Virus record (IMG/VR): IMGVR_UViG_3300002185_000031
Coordinates: 1-64,000 of that record
Reading direction: 5' to 3' (one strand)
DNA length: 64,000 nucleotides
Origin: a virus
Taxonomy: Duplodnaviria; Caudoviricetes
Position numbers and translations under genes: made by a program. Below the pieces are notes generated by a model. That model saw only the letters and a program-made list of their open reading frames with translations. It did not search any database and was not told the DNA's origin. Positions 18,196 through 26,766 of this stretch are shown here, piece by piece. Every line of letters starts with the position of its first letter. Position 1 is the stretch's first letter.

Positions 18196-18828
18196 CTATT
18201 TCATTTCGATAGCATTTTGCGCCGTCAATTTAACATAATATAATTTCAAAGCACTTTTGCGCTTATAAAAATCAGGCTCTATAAGCAACATGCCCACATC
18301 TGCACGTTGTAGCTTTTCAATCAAATCAATCTGCTGTGCGTTAAGAAATGGTCTTATGCTTGGCTCTTTGGGGTCAATATTATTAACTTCTTTAAACTCT
18401 TTTGCAGTCATCCCCAAAACAATGCGATTAATCATATCACATTCATTGCTATAGTGATAATACTTAGGTTCATCATGCAAAGCCTTTATATTGTCGGTCA
18501 GTTCTGGAAACTGCATCCTTGCAAGTCGTTTTGACGTTATAAATTGTTCCATCTCGTTAAACTTGCGGATGTATAACTCTTTGAACTGTGCCGCCTTTGC
18601 GCCAGTAAAACCCATAGCAAGAAACATAAATCCATCTCTTGTCATAAGATACATAGGATATTCTTTCCCACGTGTCTTGTAATTTGATAGCCGATAATTC
18701 GTCCGTGAAAATTCATCGCTACATTCCAAACTTCTAATTGATTCAAGTACATGTTTATGTTCCTTTCCAAACACTTCCGCAACTCTCATGCTTGTACATA
18801 CTGCTGTTTCTTTTTCAACAATTACCAT
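18196..18828 (-). CDS. Rha-family regulatory protein
   Basis: TSMRVAEVFGKEHKHVLESI, YLMTRDGFMFLAMGFTGAKAAQFKELYIRKFNEME; start position uncertain. Confidence 0.88.
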   Translation of the reverse strand: MVIVEKETAVCTSMRVAEVFGKEHKHVLESIRSLECSDEFSRTNYRLSNYKTRGKEYPMYLMTRDGFMFLAMGFTGAKAAQFKELYIRKFNEMEQFITSKRLARMQFPELTDNIKALHDEPKYYHYSNECDMINRIVLGMTAKEFKEVNNIDPKEPSIRPFLNAQQIDLIEKLQRADVGMLLIEPDFYKRKSALKLYYVKLTAQNAIEMK

Positions 18829-18838
18829 TTCATCATTC

Positions 18839-19050
18839 TTAATTTTTCCATGTGGCAGTTGGATTGATAATCTGCTGATTGATATTCTGTAAATCAAACT
18901 CACCATCTTCTGTGTCGCCCCATTCAAAGACAAACTCCACATTATCCCGATTTTGGCTAGACAACCCCCGCCCAACAGCCAACCCCAAATTAATCATCAA
19001 CAATACGACAATAAAAATGCTCTTATAACTACCGATTACGCAAAACAACT
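18839..19050 (-). CDS. Small membrane protein or remnant, paralogous to the C-terminus of 19437-19781
   Basis: EFVFEWGDTED..QNINQQIINP versus EFIVEWGDMED..QDVQQINP. Confidence 0.4.
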
Positions 19051-19250
19051 CGACCGCTAGACGGCGCATTTGAATTAAGTCTAACCGTAACAGAATTTCC
19101 AAGTCCTAAACGTCTGCCTATGGGGTTGCTGTTTCTTCTTATTGTTGCTCTGCCATCTCGCACATCGGGCAATGCAGTATTATTGAGATTGTATATTGTA
19201 TCTCTATTATTAGTCAATTTTTGCGTAACCCTAAATCTACGCCGTTCAGC
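19029..19250 (-). CDS. Small basic hypothetical protein
   Basis: MAERRRFRVTQKL..., Arg/Asn-rich; upstream GGGG RBS and hairpin 19346-19373. Confidence 0.35.
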   Translation of the reverse strand, partial: AERRRFRVTQKLTNNRDTIYNLNNTALPDVRDGRATIRRNSNPIGRRLGLGNSVTVRLNSNAPSSGRVVLRNR

Positions 19251-19436
19251 CATAACACACCCCCAAACAAAAACCGCCCTAAAAGGACGGTTGAAAAGTC
19301 GTTTAAGCAAATTTGCTGTAAAACCTACCTTCGTTTTAATTAGCAGGCAGGGGCGTTAGGTATTACGCCCCTGCCCACTTGCGCAAGCCGTTCCGCTTGA
19401 TTTATTGTATCATAAAAGAACCTTTTGCGTAATAGG

Positions 19437-19781
19437 TTATTCATTGCTCGGAGGAGGATTTATCTGCTGCACATCCTGCATCTGTACCTCGCTATCCTCC
19501 ATATCTCCCCATTCAACAATAAATTCATTTCCACTGCCAAAAGCTAACATCATAGCCAGAATAAAGATAGCTATTAATTGAGTGACGATAAAAATAAATT
19601 GATACTTGATTATTTTCTTAGAACTCTCAACCGCAACCTTCCACCCATCCATAGCAAAATTAACTTGAGCATCTTTGCTTTTTTCAAGAGCCAGAGCCAA
19701 TTCCTGCACTTCTTTCATTTGTTTAGCCGCCTCGTTCAAAATGGCGTTATCTAATTTTTCACCTAGTCCGCTTTTATCCAT
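19437..19781 (-). CDS. Single-TM membrane protein moron
   Basis: AGGAG RBS, own promoter, TM segment FIFIVTQLIAIFILAMMLAF. Confidence 0.6.
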   Translation of the reverse strand: MDKSGLGEKLDNAILNEAAKQMKEVQELALALEKSKDAQVNFAMDGWKVAVESSKKIIKYQFIFIVTQLIAIFILAMMLAFGSGNEFIVEWGDMEDSEVQMQDVQQINPPPSNE

Positions 19782-19805
19782 GCTACCACTCCTTTCTTTT
19801 ATAAC

Positions 19806-19834
19806 ATTATATCATACGCATTGTGTAATGTCAA
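19806..19834 (-). promoter_or_regulatory. Consensus SigA promoter with the operator in flipped orientation
   Basis: TTGACA-17-TATAAT; CATTGTGTAATG at 19819-19830. Confidence 0.8.
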
Positions 19835-19850
19835 ACATAGTTATATTACA

Positions 19851-20192
19851 TTAAAGTTTCTTAGCCTCATCAAATTCTTTTTTAGCACTTCTTTTTGATT
19901 CCTCATCATCCGCAAGTATGGCATAAACACCACGAAAAATTAAATTTATTTTATCAATAGTTTCCCGGCGGTAATCTATTATAGCATCCTTATGATTTTC
20001 CAATTGGTGTATTCGTTCTTCATGTTTTTGCTGTTTCATAGTTTCGATATCGCTAGTATTTTTAGCCAAATTGTCTTTCATTCGAGTAATTTTAACTGCA
20101 AGCGTGACTATAGCTCCCGTTATTACAGCCACAATAGCCCCTCCTACATAAATTAAATTGACAAAATAATAAAGCTCGTCCATTGACTTCAC
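19851..20192 (-). CDS. Holin/XhlA-like membrane protein
   Basis: N-terminal TM followed by coiled coil, in the lysis region. Confidence 0.5.
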   Translation of the reverse strand: MKSMDELYYFVNLIYVGGAIVAVITGAIVTLAVKITRMKDNLAKNTSDIETMKQQKHEERIHQLENHKDAIIDYRRETIDKINLIFRGVYAILADDEESKRSAKKEFDEAKKL

Positions 20193-20253
20193 CCTCTCTA
20201 CGAAACAAAGGAGTATAGAGCCTTGTGCGCCCTATACTCCTTTGCCCATAACA

Positions 20254-20487
20254 CTAATCTACATCATGATAACCCCTCACAAAATAATGCTCATCCATAC
20301 AATCCTGTATAGCTATCATCTCCGATATTGCCTCGCCTACGCTATCAAACGTACCCAGAAAGTCATCTTTCCCCTCGGCATACAGATTAATACCGATTAT
20401 GGCGTTTTTGTAAAATACAGGCATACAAAAGAGCCTTTCTCCATCATACACTATGCCGCCATCTCTGTCTTGATTCCAAATAAACAT
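20254..20487 (-). CDS. Hypothetical phage protein
   Basis: GGAGG RBS; followed by a 13-bp stem hairpin (about 20206-20244). Confidence 0.55.
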   Translation of the reverse strand: MFIWNQDRDGGIVYDGERLFCMPVFYKNAIIGINLYAEGKDDFLGTFDSVGEAISEMIAIQDCMDEHYFVRGYHDVD

Positions 20488-20538
20488 ATAATCGCCTCCA
20501 AAATGGTATATGGAGATTATATGCAGTTTTTATCAGTT

Positions 20539-20736
20539 TTATTCTTTCGATTTGCTATTCTTTATTTTTTCAGCGTTTTCATAGCCTGATTTAAGTTGAT
20601 AAGAACCGACTACAAGCCCCACAAGCCATATGCTTGTTTCTACAAGCTGCTCATCAACTAATCCGATTGTTGATAACACTACAGTTAAGGCAAATATGCC
20701 CAATATCGCCAAGACTACACACTTTGAAAATGCCAT
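20539..20736 (-). CDS. Holin-like two-TM protein
   Basis: Two hydrophobic helices, KSGYEN tail, adjacent to the amidase. Confidence 0.55.
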   Translation of the reverse strand: MAFSKCVVLAILGIFALTVVLSTIGLVDEQLVETSIWLVGLVVGSYQLKSGYENAEKIKNSKSKE

Positions 20737-21494
20737 TGCAATCCTTCCTTTCTCTCATCATAAAGCCCTGCCCTAAAATGAATTACGAATATCCTAACCA
20801 TATCCTCCGACAAATTAAGAGTTGCTCCATCGCCCAGCAGCAGCCCACGCTCTATCAATCTCTCAATAGCAGGTTTCGCCCATTCTGGCAGTTCGCCAAC
20901 AGAATTATAACGAGTTTCACCAACATCATGTTCAATATCATCATTAATCAAACTCATCATCGCCCTATCTAAATTCGCCCAAAATGTAGGCATATTTGCG
21001 GGTGTCACAGGGTCATTTATCCGACTTCTGGGATGCACTATGCTGTGGGTTGTTAGGTGTCGGATAGTATAAGTCTGCTTGATGTGTTCTAAGAGCTGCG
21101 CTGCTGATAAAAATTGAACCGCATTAGGCATCATGCCGAACGTATCACCAAAGGCTATGCCTATGCTGTAGTCATTGTGATTGACCCTACGCTGTCTGAA
21201 AATCTCACTTGTACTATGCCCCAAATAGTTGTTAAGTGCAGGATTTGTCGTTTGCGTTCCCGCATGAAAGGCAATATGCGCCATATTGACATGCTGTGTT
21301 ACATTGCCCTGATTGTCAATTATGAAGTGATAGCTGACTTGATTAGCGGGGTTTATTATGGTGTTAATTGCGCTTTGAGTTGTGTTGCCTGTTGTATGAA
21401 ATGTTACAGTATCAACCCCAAAAGCATTTCGTCTTGATGCACTTGTGTTGAAGTTCCCCGCCGGAGTTCTGGCTATCATGTTTATTATTTGCAT
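20715..21494 (-). CDS. N-acetylmuramoyl-L-alanine amidase (Amidase_2) endolysin
   Basis: TFHTTG, SYHFIID, AFHAG, NDYSIGI, TTHS..NDP; C-terminal WAKPAIERLIERGLL cell-wall-binding domain. Confidence 0.85.
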   Translation of the reverse strand: MQIINMIARTPAGNFNTSASRRNAFGVDTVTFHTTGNTTQSAINTIINPANQVSYHFIIDNQGNVTQHVNMAHIAFHAGTQTTNPALNNYLGHSTSEIFRQRRVNHNDYSIGIAFGDTFGMMPNAVQFLSAAQLLEHIKQTYTIRHLTTHSIVHPRSRINDPVTPANMPTFWANLDRAMMSLINDDIEHDVGETRYNSVGELPEWAKPAIERLIERGLLLGDGATLNLSEDMVRIFVIHFRAGLYDERKEGLQWHFQSV

Positions 21495-21498
21495 TTTA

Positions 21499-21729
21499 TC
21501 ACTCCCCCTTTTCATCCTCATAATGTCCATTTTTCATCCTATGGACATTTTCATAACCACTTTTAGCCATATACATAGCAGCACAAGCTGTGAAAAATGT
21601 CAGCCCGTCCCTAACCATCCCAGACAGCTCACGCCATAAAAACCATGATACCGTGTCCACTATCATAATGACAAGCAGGCAAAGGCAAGCAAATACCATT
21701 AATTTTTCTAAAAAAGGTATGTTTTTCAT
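21499..21729 (-). CDS. Holin-like two-TM protein, paralog of 20539-20736
   Basis: Two TM helices, KSGYEN tail. Confidence 0.55.
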   Translation of the reverse strand: MKNIPFLEKLMVFACLCLLVIMIVDTVSWFLWRELSGMVRDGLTFFTACAAMYMAKSGYENVHRMKNGHYEDEKGE

Positions 21730-22328
21730 CGTCTTGTTCTGACGATTTTTTCAGAACCCTTTTTCTTTTGAAGTTTTTTAGTGATTTCGATGTATCTTTT
21801 AATTAAGTCAGAAGTGTTGGTTTGCAATAGCTCTGATTCTGTGTTGTATTGCTCATATTCTTCTTGATAATTTGACATAAACGCCATTTCTATATCTTTG
21901 ATTGAAGATTGGCTTGCAAGCCAATCTTGGAAATGCCGCTCACGTAAAATACTTTCTATTTCTATTAATTCTTTTTTCAAAAGTTCTTCTTCGGTTGGTT
22001 TAGGCGGCTCACCTGCTTCTATCCACTCCCCTTCAATAACCGTTTGGCCTGTATGTTTATCAAATGTGCGGCTATGTTCTATGTACTTAGCTAGGTGTAG
22101 GCCATGGGGTGGGGGTATTGTGGTTATGTCGTTTGGCAGGGGTAGCATTTCAAATTTAGTTGCTAGTTTAGAGCCACCGTTGTTATCGTTACCGATGGCA
22201 GAGCCATCTTCCTTGTTATCGATTATTTTAAATCTTTCTATCTGGCTTGATAGTACAGCCTCTATAAGTATGCCTGTTTTAATATTAAATCTGTATAAGA
22301 ACTCTTGAAACTCTTGAAACTCATTCAT
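21726..22328 (-). CDS. Hypothetical protein (fibre-assembly-like)
   Basis: Follows the fibre gene; EWIEAGEPPKPTEEELLKKE. Confidence 0.5.
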   Translation of the reverse strand: MNEFQEFQEFLYRFNIKTGILIEAVLSSQIERFKIIDNKEDGSAIGNDNNGGSKLATKFEMLPLPNDITTIPPPHGLHLAKYIEHSRTFDKHTGQTVIEGEWIEAGEPPKPTEEELLKKELIEIESILRERHFQDWLASQSSIKDIEMAFMSNYQEEYEQYNTESELLQTNTSDLIKRYIEITKKLQKKKGSEKIVRTRR

Positions 22329-22415
22329 AATAAATCCTCCCTTACCGATGGCAGAGCCATCTTCCTTACCGAAACCGAAAGCACAATTTTCTTCTTTGGC
22401 AGAGCCATCTTCCTT
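22191..22415. repeat. Three direct copies of a 19-24 bp sequence encoding KEDGSA
   Basis: ACCGATGGCAGAGCCATCTTCCTT at 22191 and 22344; 19-bp core at 22397. Confidence 0.85.
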
Positions 22416-22456
22416 AAAATGTCCGCGTTCTTTGTGGACTTTTATTATCTCCCATA

Positions 22457-24478
22457 CTATCTCGCAATAGGAAACACCACATTAAACCAATAACGATTAT
22501 GTGCCACATCAGGAGCAGCACCCGCTCTAAACTGCAAAGTACCATCCTCTCTGATAGTTGCTGCTCTTGTTACATTAATAACATCATTTGATGCCATGCT
22601 AAATGTTGTAATAACAGCAGGTCTAAGCCCATCAGGAATCCATGCTGATGATGTGTTTATTTCATTTAGTGTATTTAACACTATTAAGCCTTGAATAACT
22701 GCTTGGCCTGATGTACCTATTTGTGCTATTCTTAGGGGGTGCAGTGTGGTTGTTATGCCATTGGTGGGGGTTAGGTTGTGCCATTGCAAGGCTCCTGCTC
22801 TGGGGTATACAGTCAAATCATCTGTGTAAACATCAGAAATAGCAACATCCCTAAGCCTAACCGCAGCGTTCACATGCCATGTACGAGAAAACATCTTTAA
22901 ACCCAGCAGATATGTTTGATTCACACGGGCTGCAGCCTCATTGCGGGCTGCAATTGTTATAACCAGCATATTGTTTCTAACCCGCATATCGGATATACCT
23001 ATAGCACCGTCCAAATGACGAGAAACAAAAGGGAATGATGATTCTTGAAAGTTTATTATCGGTGCTGCTGCTCCTTGATGCACAAATAAGTTAAATTTTT
23101 TGGTTATTGCGCCGCTGGCTTGTATCTGCTCGAAATAGCTTGCTATTTCGAGCTCTACATACCCCGCTATAATCCCGCCGGAAGGCAAAGGGATTATTAT
23201 ATCTCTTTTGGCATTTGCTCCTTGACCTCCGAAGTTAATAGCTCCTAATGAGATTTGCTGATAGCCGCCTTGGGGGGTGGTTGCAATTATGCCTGTGCCG
23301 CCTATTAGACGCTCATGGGCTAAGGGTGATGCTCCTGTGGTTTTTAGGAAGTTTGTGTTGGGGTTTGGGGGTGGGTCGTTTTTTAGGGTGGAGATTTGGC
23401 CTAGTTCTAGTTTGGCTCTGGTTATCACAACCTCGCCTCCAAGTGCCGGGCTAATTCCAAAAAACATAAACGAACCGCCAAAACCTAACTCCAAAGCTCC
23501 AAACGGGGTATTTACAACACCCCAAGTTCGATTACCTGATGTAAATGTATCTGGTACCGTAACGCATCCGCAGTATATATTCCCATCCCCATCTTCGACT
23601 GATAGAGTTAATGTTTTACCAAACAGCAGCTCTTGGGGCATTGTCACATGTCCCCATGATTGGAACATATGGCGAAGATTGGCGTGTGGTGTTAAAGAGC
23701 GTTTAATTAACATACCGCGCTTAGTTCTTGCACTACCTTCATCTACAATTTCGGCAGATATTTCCGGGTCGTGTTCCCAGTTGTTTATTGTGAATATTGT
23801 GTCCGTGGTTGTGTTTATGGGGTGGCGGAAGTCTGGGTTTGTTAATATATTGGGATTAGTCAAGCCCGGTGCAACCTCCAAAATCAACCTCCGCGCCTGC
23901 TCATCCGTAACAAAAGCATTAGCAGGAAAGCTCAAAGTAATATTAGCATCACCGCTAACCCCAATAGACACAGGGTATCGGCGCACAGCAAGCCCACCAG
24001 TTAAAGGCGGCACCCATTCAGGATGCTCCAAAAGTCCTATAGCTAAAAGTATACGTCCAGCATCAGGGTCAATAGCAAAAATACCATATTCATTAAGCCA
24101 AAAACCATCTTGTGCGGGATGTAGGTCATTGCGATATTCTACAATAAACTGTATTTGGTTATTTTCTGTGATTGGAGTATTTGTTGTGGCAGTTGCTACA
24201 AGGTTCACCAATCCTGTTAATGTTCGCGGGTCTGTTCCACCAGGCAAAACACCACTACCAACCCATACACTATCAATAATCCTTGGCGCACCAGCTCCCC
24301 ATTTTGCTATAAGTGCAAATCCAGCATTGGTTATCCAAAATCCATGCTGCGCATTTACGCCTCCAGCCCTAGAGCTGGACAATAGATTGTCTACTCTAGT
24401 TACAGGGTACATTATATCATCATCCCCATTTTGATTTTTTCTTTGCAATAAAACGTCATTTTCATTAATTCGTGACAT
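22457..24478 (-). CDS. Tail fibre protein (gpH-like N-terminal baseplate-attachment domain)
   Basis: ITNAGFALIAK..VWVGSG..NEYGIFAIDPD; NILTNPDFR; variable C-terminus. Confidence 0.8.
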   Translation of the reverse strand: MSRINENDVLLQRKNQNGDDDIMYPVTRVDNLLSSSRAGGVNAQHGFWITNAGFALIAKWGAGAPRIIDSVWVGSGVLPGGTDPRTLTGLVNLVATATTNTPITENNQIQFIVEYRNDLHPAQDGFWLNEYGIFAIDPDAGRILLAIGLLEHPEWVPPLTGGLAVRRYPVSIGVSGDANITLSFPANAFVTDEQARRLILEVAPGLTNPNILTNPDFRHPINTTTDTIFTINNWEHDPEISAEIVDEGSARTKRGMLIKRSLTPHANLRHMFQSWGHVTMPQELLFGKTLTLSVEDGDGNIYCGCVTVPDTFTSGNRTWGVVNTPFGALELGFGGSFMFFGISPALGGEVVITRAKLELGQISTLKNDPPPNPNTNFLKTTGASPLAHERLIGGTGIIATTPQGGYQQISLGAINFGGQGANAKRDIIIPLPSGGIIAGYVELEIASYFEQIQASGAITKKFNLFVHQGAAAPIINFQESSFPFVSRHLDGAIGISDMRVRNNMLVITIAARNEAAARVNQTYLLGLKMFSRTWHVNAAVRLRDVAISDVYTDDLTVYPRAGALQWHNLTPTNGITTTLHPLRIAQIGTSGQAVIQGLIVLNTLNEINTSSAWIPDGLRPAVITTFSMASNDVINVTRAATIREDGTLQFRAGAAPDVAHNRYWFNVVFPIAR

Positions 24479-24490
24479 AATTCACCATCC

Positions 24491-25033
24491 TTAATTTAAT
24501 ATCTGAATAAATAAATCTTGCGTTCGCAAATCAGCAGGTGCAGCAGCTCCAACAACAATTCGGGATAGTCCGGCAAGTACGGCAGTATCTCCAATAGCAT
24601 CAAGCTCATTTTCGACATCCGATAAACGATTATTGATATTGGTAAAATTAGTTTCTAATGTCTGAACTCTGCCAGTCAACGCCGTTAAAGCCGTTTGCAG
24701 CCCTGATACCGTTGCTTGCAATGCCGTTAAATCCGCTTGGCTTGCTTTTGACCCTAATTCCGTCATTATAGCAGTAAACTCATCTTCATGTTTTTCGAGC
24801 CAATCATGTAAATTTTGAATCGTGGTTAGTATACCTGGATTTACATCTAAAATATAGTCAATGCGCTCATCAACATACTTAGTTATATCTGCTTGTGTTA
24901 AAAGTGCTGCTAAATGCTGCGCTAAAGTCGTGCCATTAGCCAATATTACATTTTCAGCATTAGTCCGCACCATTAAATCATTCAGTACGCCTTCAACTCT
25001 TTTTTGCAGTATAACATTTCTGATATTTGCCAT
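24491..25033 (-). CDS. Coiled-coil tail-fibre-associated protein
   Basis: RTNAENVILANGTTL, TIQNLHDWL, heptad repeats. Confidence 0.6.
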   Translation of the reverse strand: MANIRNVILQKRVEGVLNDLMVRTNAENVILANGTTLAQHLAALLTQADITKYVDERIDYILDVNPGILTTIQNLHDWLEKHEDEFTAIMTELGSKASQADLTALQATVSGLQTALTALTGRVQTLETNFTNINNRLSDVENELDAIGDTAVLAGLSRIVVGAAAPADLRTQDLFIQILN

Positions 25034-25034
25034 T

Positions 25035-25931
25035 TTAAACCTCCTTAACTTCTATATTGCCATTAGTGATATTTGAAAACGCTGTTGTTTCATTTGATGG
25101 CATAAAAGTTATAAAATAATCTTCCATTGGGTCGTTAGTCGGAATTAGTTCAATATATATCGTTTCTGGGGGCGGTATGGTATCGGGATCGCCATGCAAT
25201 AAAGTGGTTTCTGAAAACAAGAAATTTATACCCCCAAATAGTATAAGCTCTTTATGGCGTGCAAGGGGCAAGTTAGTTTCTGAATATATAAAGTGTGCGC
25301 TACCAATTTTAACAACGTCTGCCTTGACAATTTCTTGATGCGGTGGATGCAGTAAAGTGGTTTCTGAAAACAAAAAATGATGTCCAGCAAAATATACAGT
25401 ATCTTCAACTTTAGGCGCATGATAAATAGCTGTTGTCATCAATAAGACATTGCTAGGAATCCAACCTCTTACCCATTGCAAAAACTCTCGAAAATCCCGT
25501 CTGGTAAATCCCTTTTCGTTTAATCCCGCCGCCTCGATATCCATAAGAACATCCATTCGCAAGCCTCGCAAATCAACAATGACTTCGCCATCAGGGAATC
25601 GCTCATTTATCTGCCCTTGAATATCGCCGTCCCTATGCAAATCCCCCTGTAACCATGTTTCAGTAAACGGTGACATCGTGCGCATTGCCTCTAAAATCCT
25701 CTCACGCCTATCTTCCAAGGTGTCCATGATTAGATTAGGTGAAATTCCGTAAATCCGCTCCCACATCTCAATACCCTTAATATCAGCAAGAGAAACACGA
25801 GTATTGTCAAATATCTGCACAATTTTTTCAAGGCTTATGTCGAGTTCAGGCTGCGCAGCCCTAAACATTTCTTGAGCCTCATGGTTTCGTCTGTACAGTT
25901 TTTGGTTAGCGTAATCTCGGATTTGATTCAT
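25035..25931 (-). CDS. DUF2313/XkdU-like baseplate wedge protein with three C-terminal repeats
   Basis: GIEMWERIYGI..TLEDRRERI..PFTETWL; repeats FLFSETTLLH / FIYSETNLP / FLFSETTLLH. Confidence 0.75.
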   Translation of the reverse strand: MNQIRDYANQKLYRRNHEAQEMFRAAQPELDISLEKIVQIFDNTRVSLADIKGIEMWERIYGISPNLIMDTLEDRRERILEAMRTMSPFTETWLQGDLHRDGDIQGQINERFPDGEVIVDLRGLRMDVLMDIEAAGLNEKGFTRRDFREFLQWVRGWIPSNVLLMTTAIYHAPKVEDTVYFAGHHFLFSETTLLHPPHQEIVKADVVKIGSAHFIYSETNLPLARHKELILFGGINFLFSETTLLHGDPDTIPPPETIYIELIPTNDPMEDYFITFMPSNETTAFSNITNGNIEVKEV

Positions 25932-25975
25932 GGGTTATCCCTCATTTCGGTAGTTCCTTTTGCGCAAAAGGCATT

Positions 25976-26245
25976 TTATCTGCCCCTTTTCGGCTTTACA
26001 TTCGGCATATTCATTTCTACCCCTTTAGTTGCCCACACTGCAACAGCTACATCTTTCATTTCGGGGATAAACTTCTCTACCACAGCAACATCGCCAGGGC
26101 TTGCTCCTCTCGTTTCGGGTGTACCGATATAATGTCGTTCGCCTTCATGCTCACCATCGATATATTCTTGCCGTTGCATAGTTATTGACAGGCTTTCGTC
26201 TATGATAATTGAATGCTCATATTTTACATCTACAGTTCTTGGCAT
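25976..26245 (-). CDS. Hypothetical tail-associated protein
   Basis: RBS GGAGG; lies in the fibre cluster. Confidence 0.55.
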   Translation of the reverse strand: MPRTVDVKYEHSIIIDESLSITMQRQEYIDGEHEGERHYIGTPETRGASPGDVAVVEKFIPEMKDVAVAVWATKGVEMNMPNVKPKRGR

Positions 26246-26256
26246 AATCTAGCCTC

Positions 26257-26766
26257 CTAAGTTTCAATCTGTTCTTGCAAATCTTTAATTTTAGCTCTTA
26301 GTTCCTTGCGCCGTTTCCGTATCGGCGCATATTCTTTTTCGTCCATTTCGCCATCGAGAAAAGCTATCGCATCATCAACTGTGCTGTTCAGCTCGGCTTG
26401 CATTTCTTCAATGTCACGCATTATAATCATGGCTTTCACATCTATACGTTTTGCGCTGCCAACATGCTCTCGCGGTTTCACGTTGATTTTGCCTCTTTTG
26501 TACTCATATTCGTTATACTTAAAGTCAAAATCAATATCGCCTGTGTACTCAACATCATATGGCTCATATCGAAATGCAGACCAGCCTATAATATACCCAT
26601 CTTTTACTTCAAGATATTTCACTTCTGGCGTTGGTTCTTCAAGTGGTATTCCTTGTTCAAGTAAAATATTCCGCAAGTCCATACCTTTTGACGGTTGTGG
26701 CTTTGCGCCTATATAAAAATCATTCATCAAGTGCCACCTCCAAGAGAAGTTATTCTGGTCGTCCAA
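26257..26766 (-). CDS. Putative fibre assembly chaperone
   Basis: YLEVKDGYIIGW; EYAPIRKRRKELRAKI. Confidence 0.5.
   Translation of the reverse strand: MDDQNNFSWRWHLMNDFYIGAKPQPSKGMDLRNILLEQGIPLEEPTPEVKYLEVKDGYIIGWSAFRYEPYDVEYTGDIDFDFKYNEYEYKRGKINVKPREHVGSAKRIDVKAMIIMRDIEEMQAELNSTVDDAIAFLDGEMDEKEYAPIRKRRKELRAKIKDLQEQIET

Noticed and set aside
22191-22415. Mini CRISPR array
   Set aside because: Only three unequal repeats with spacings of 153 and about 50 bp; they are in-frame coding repeats and there are no cas genes.
23277-24434. 385-aa plus-strand ORF
   Set aside because: Antisense shadow of the tail fibre gene with no recognisable motifs; the same applies to most short plus-strand ORFs between 0.2 and 58 kb.
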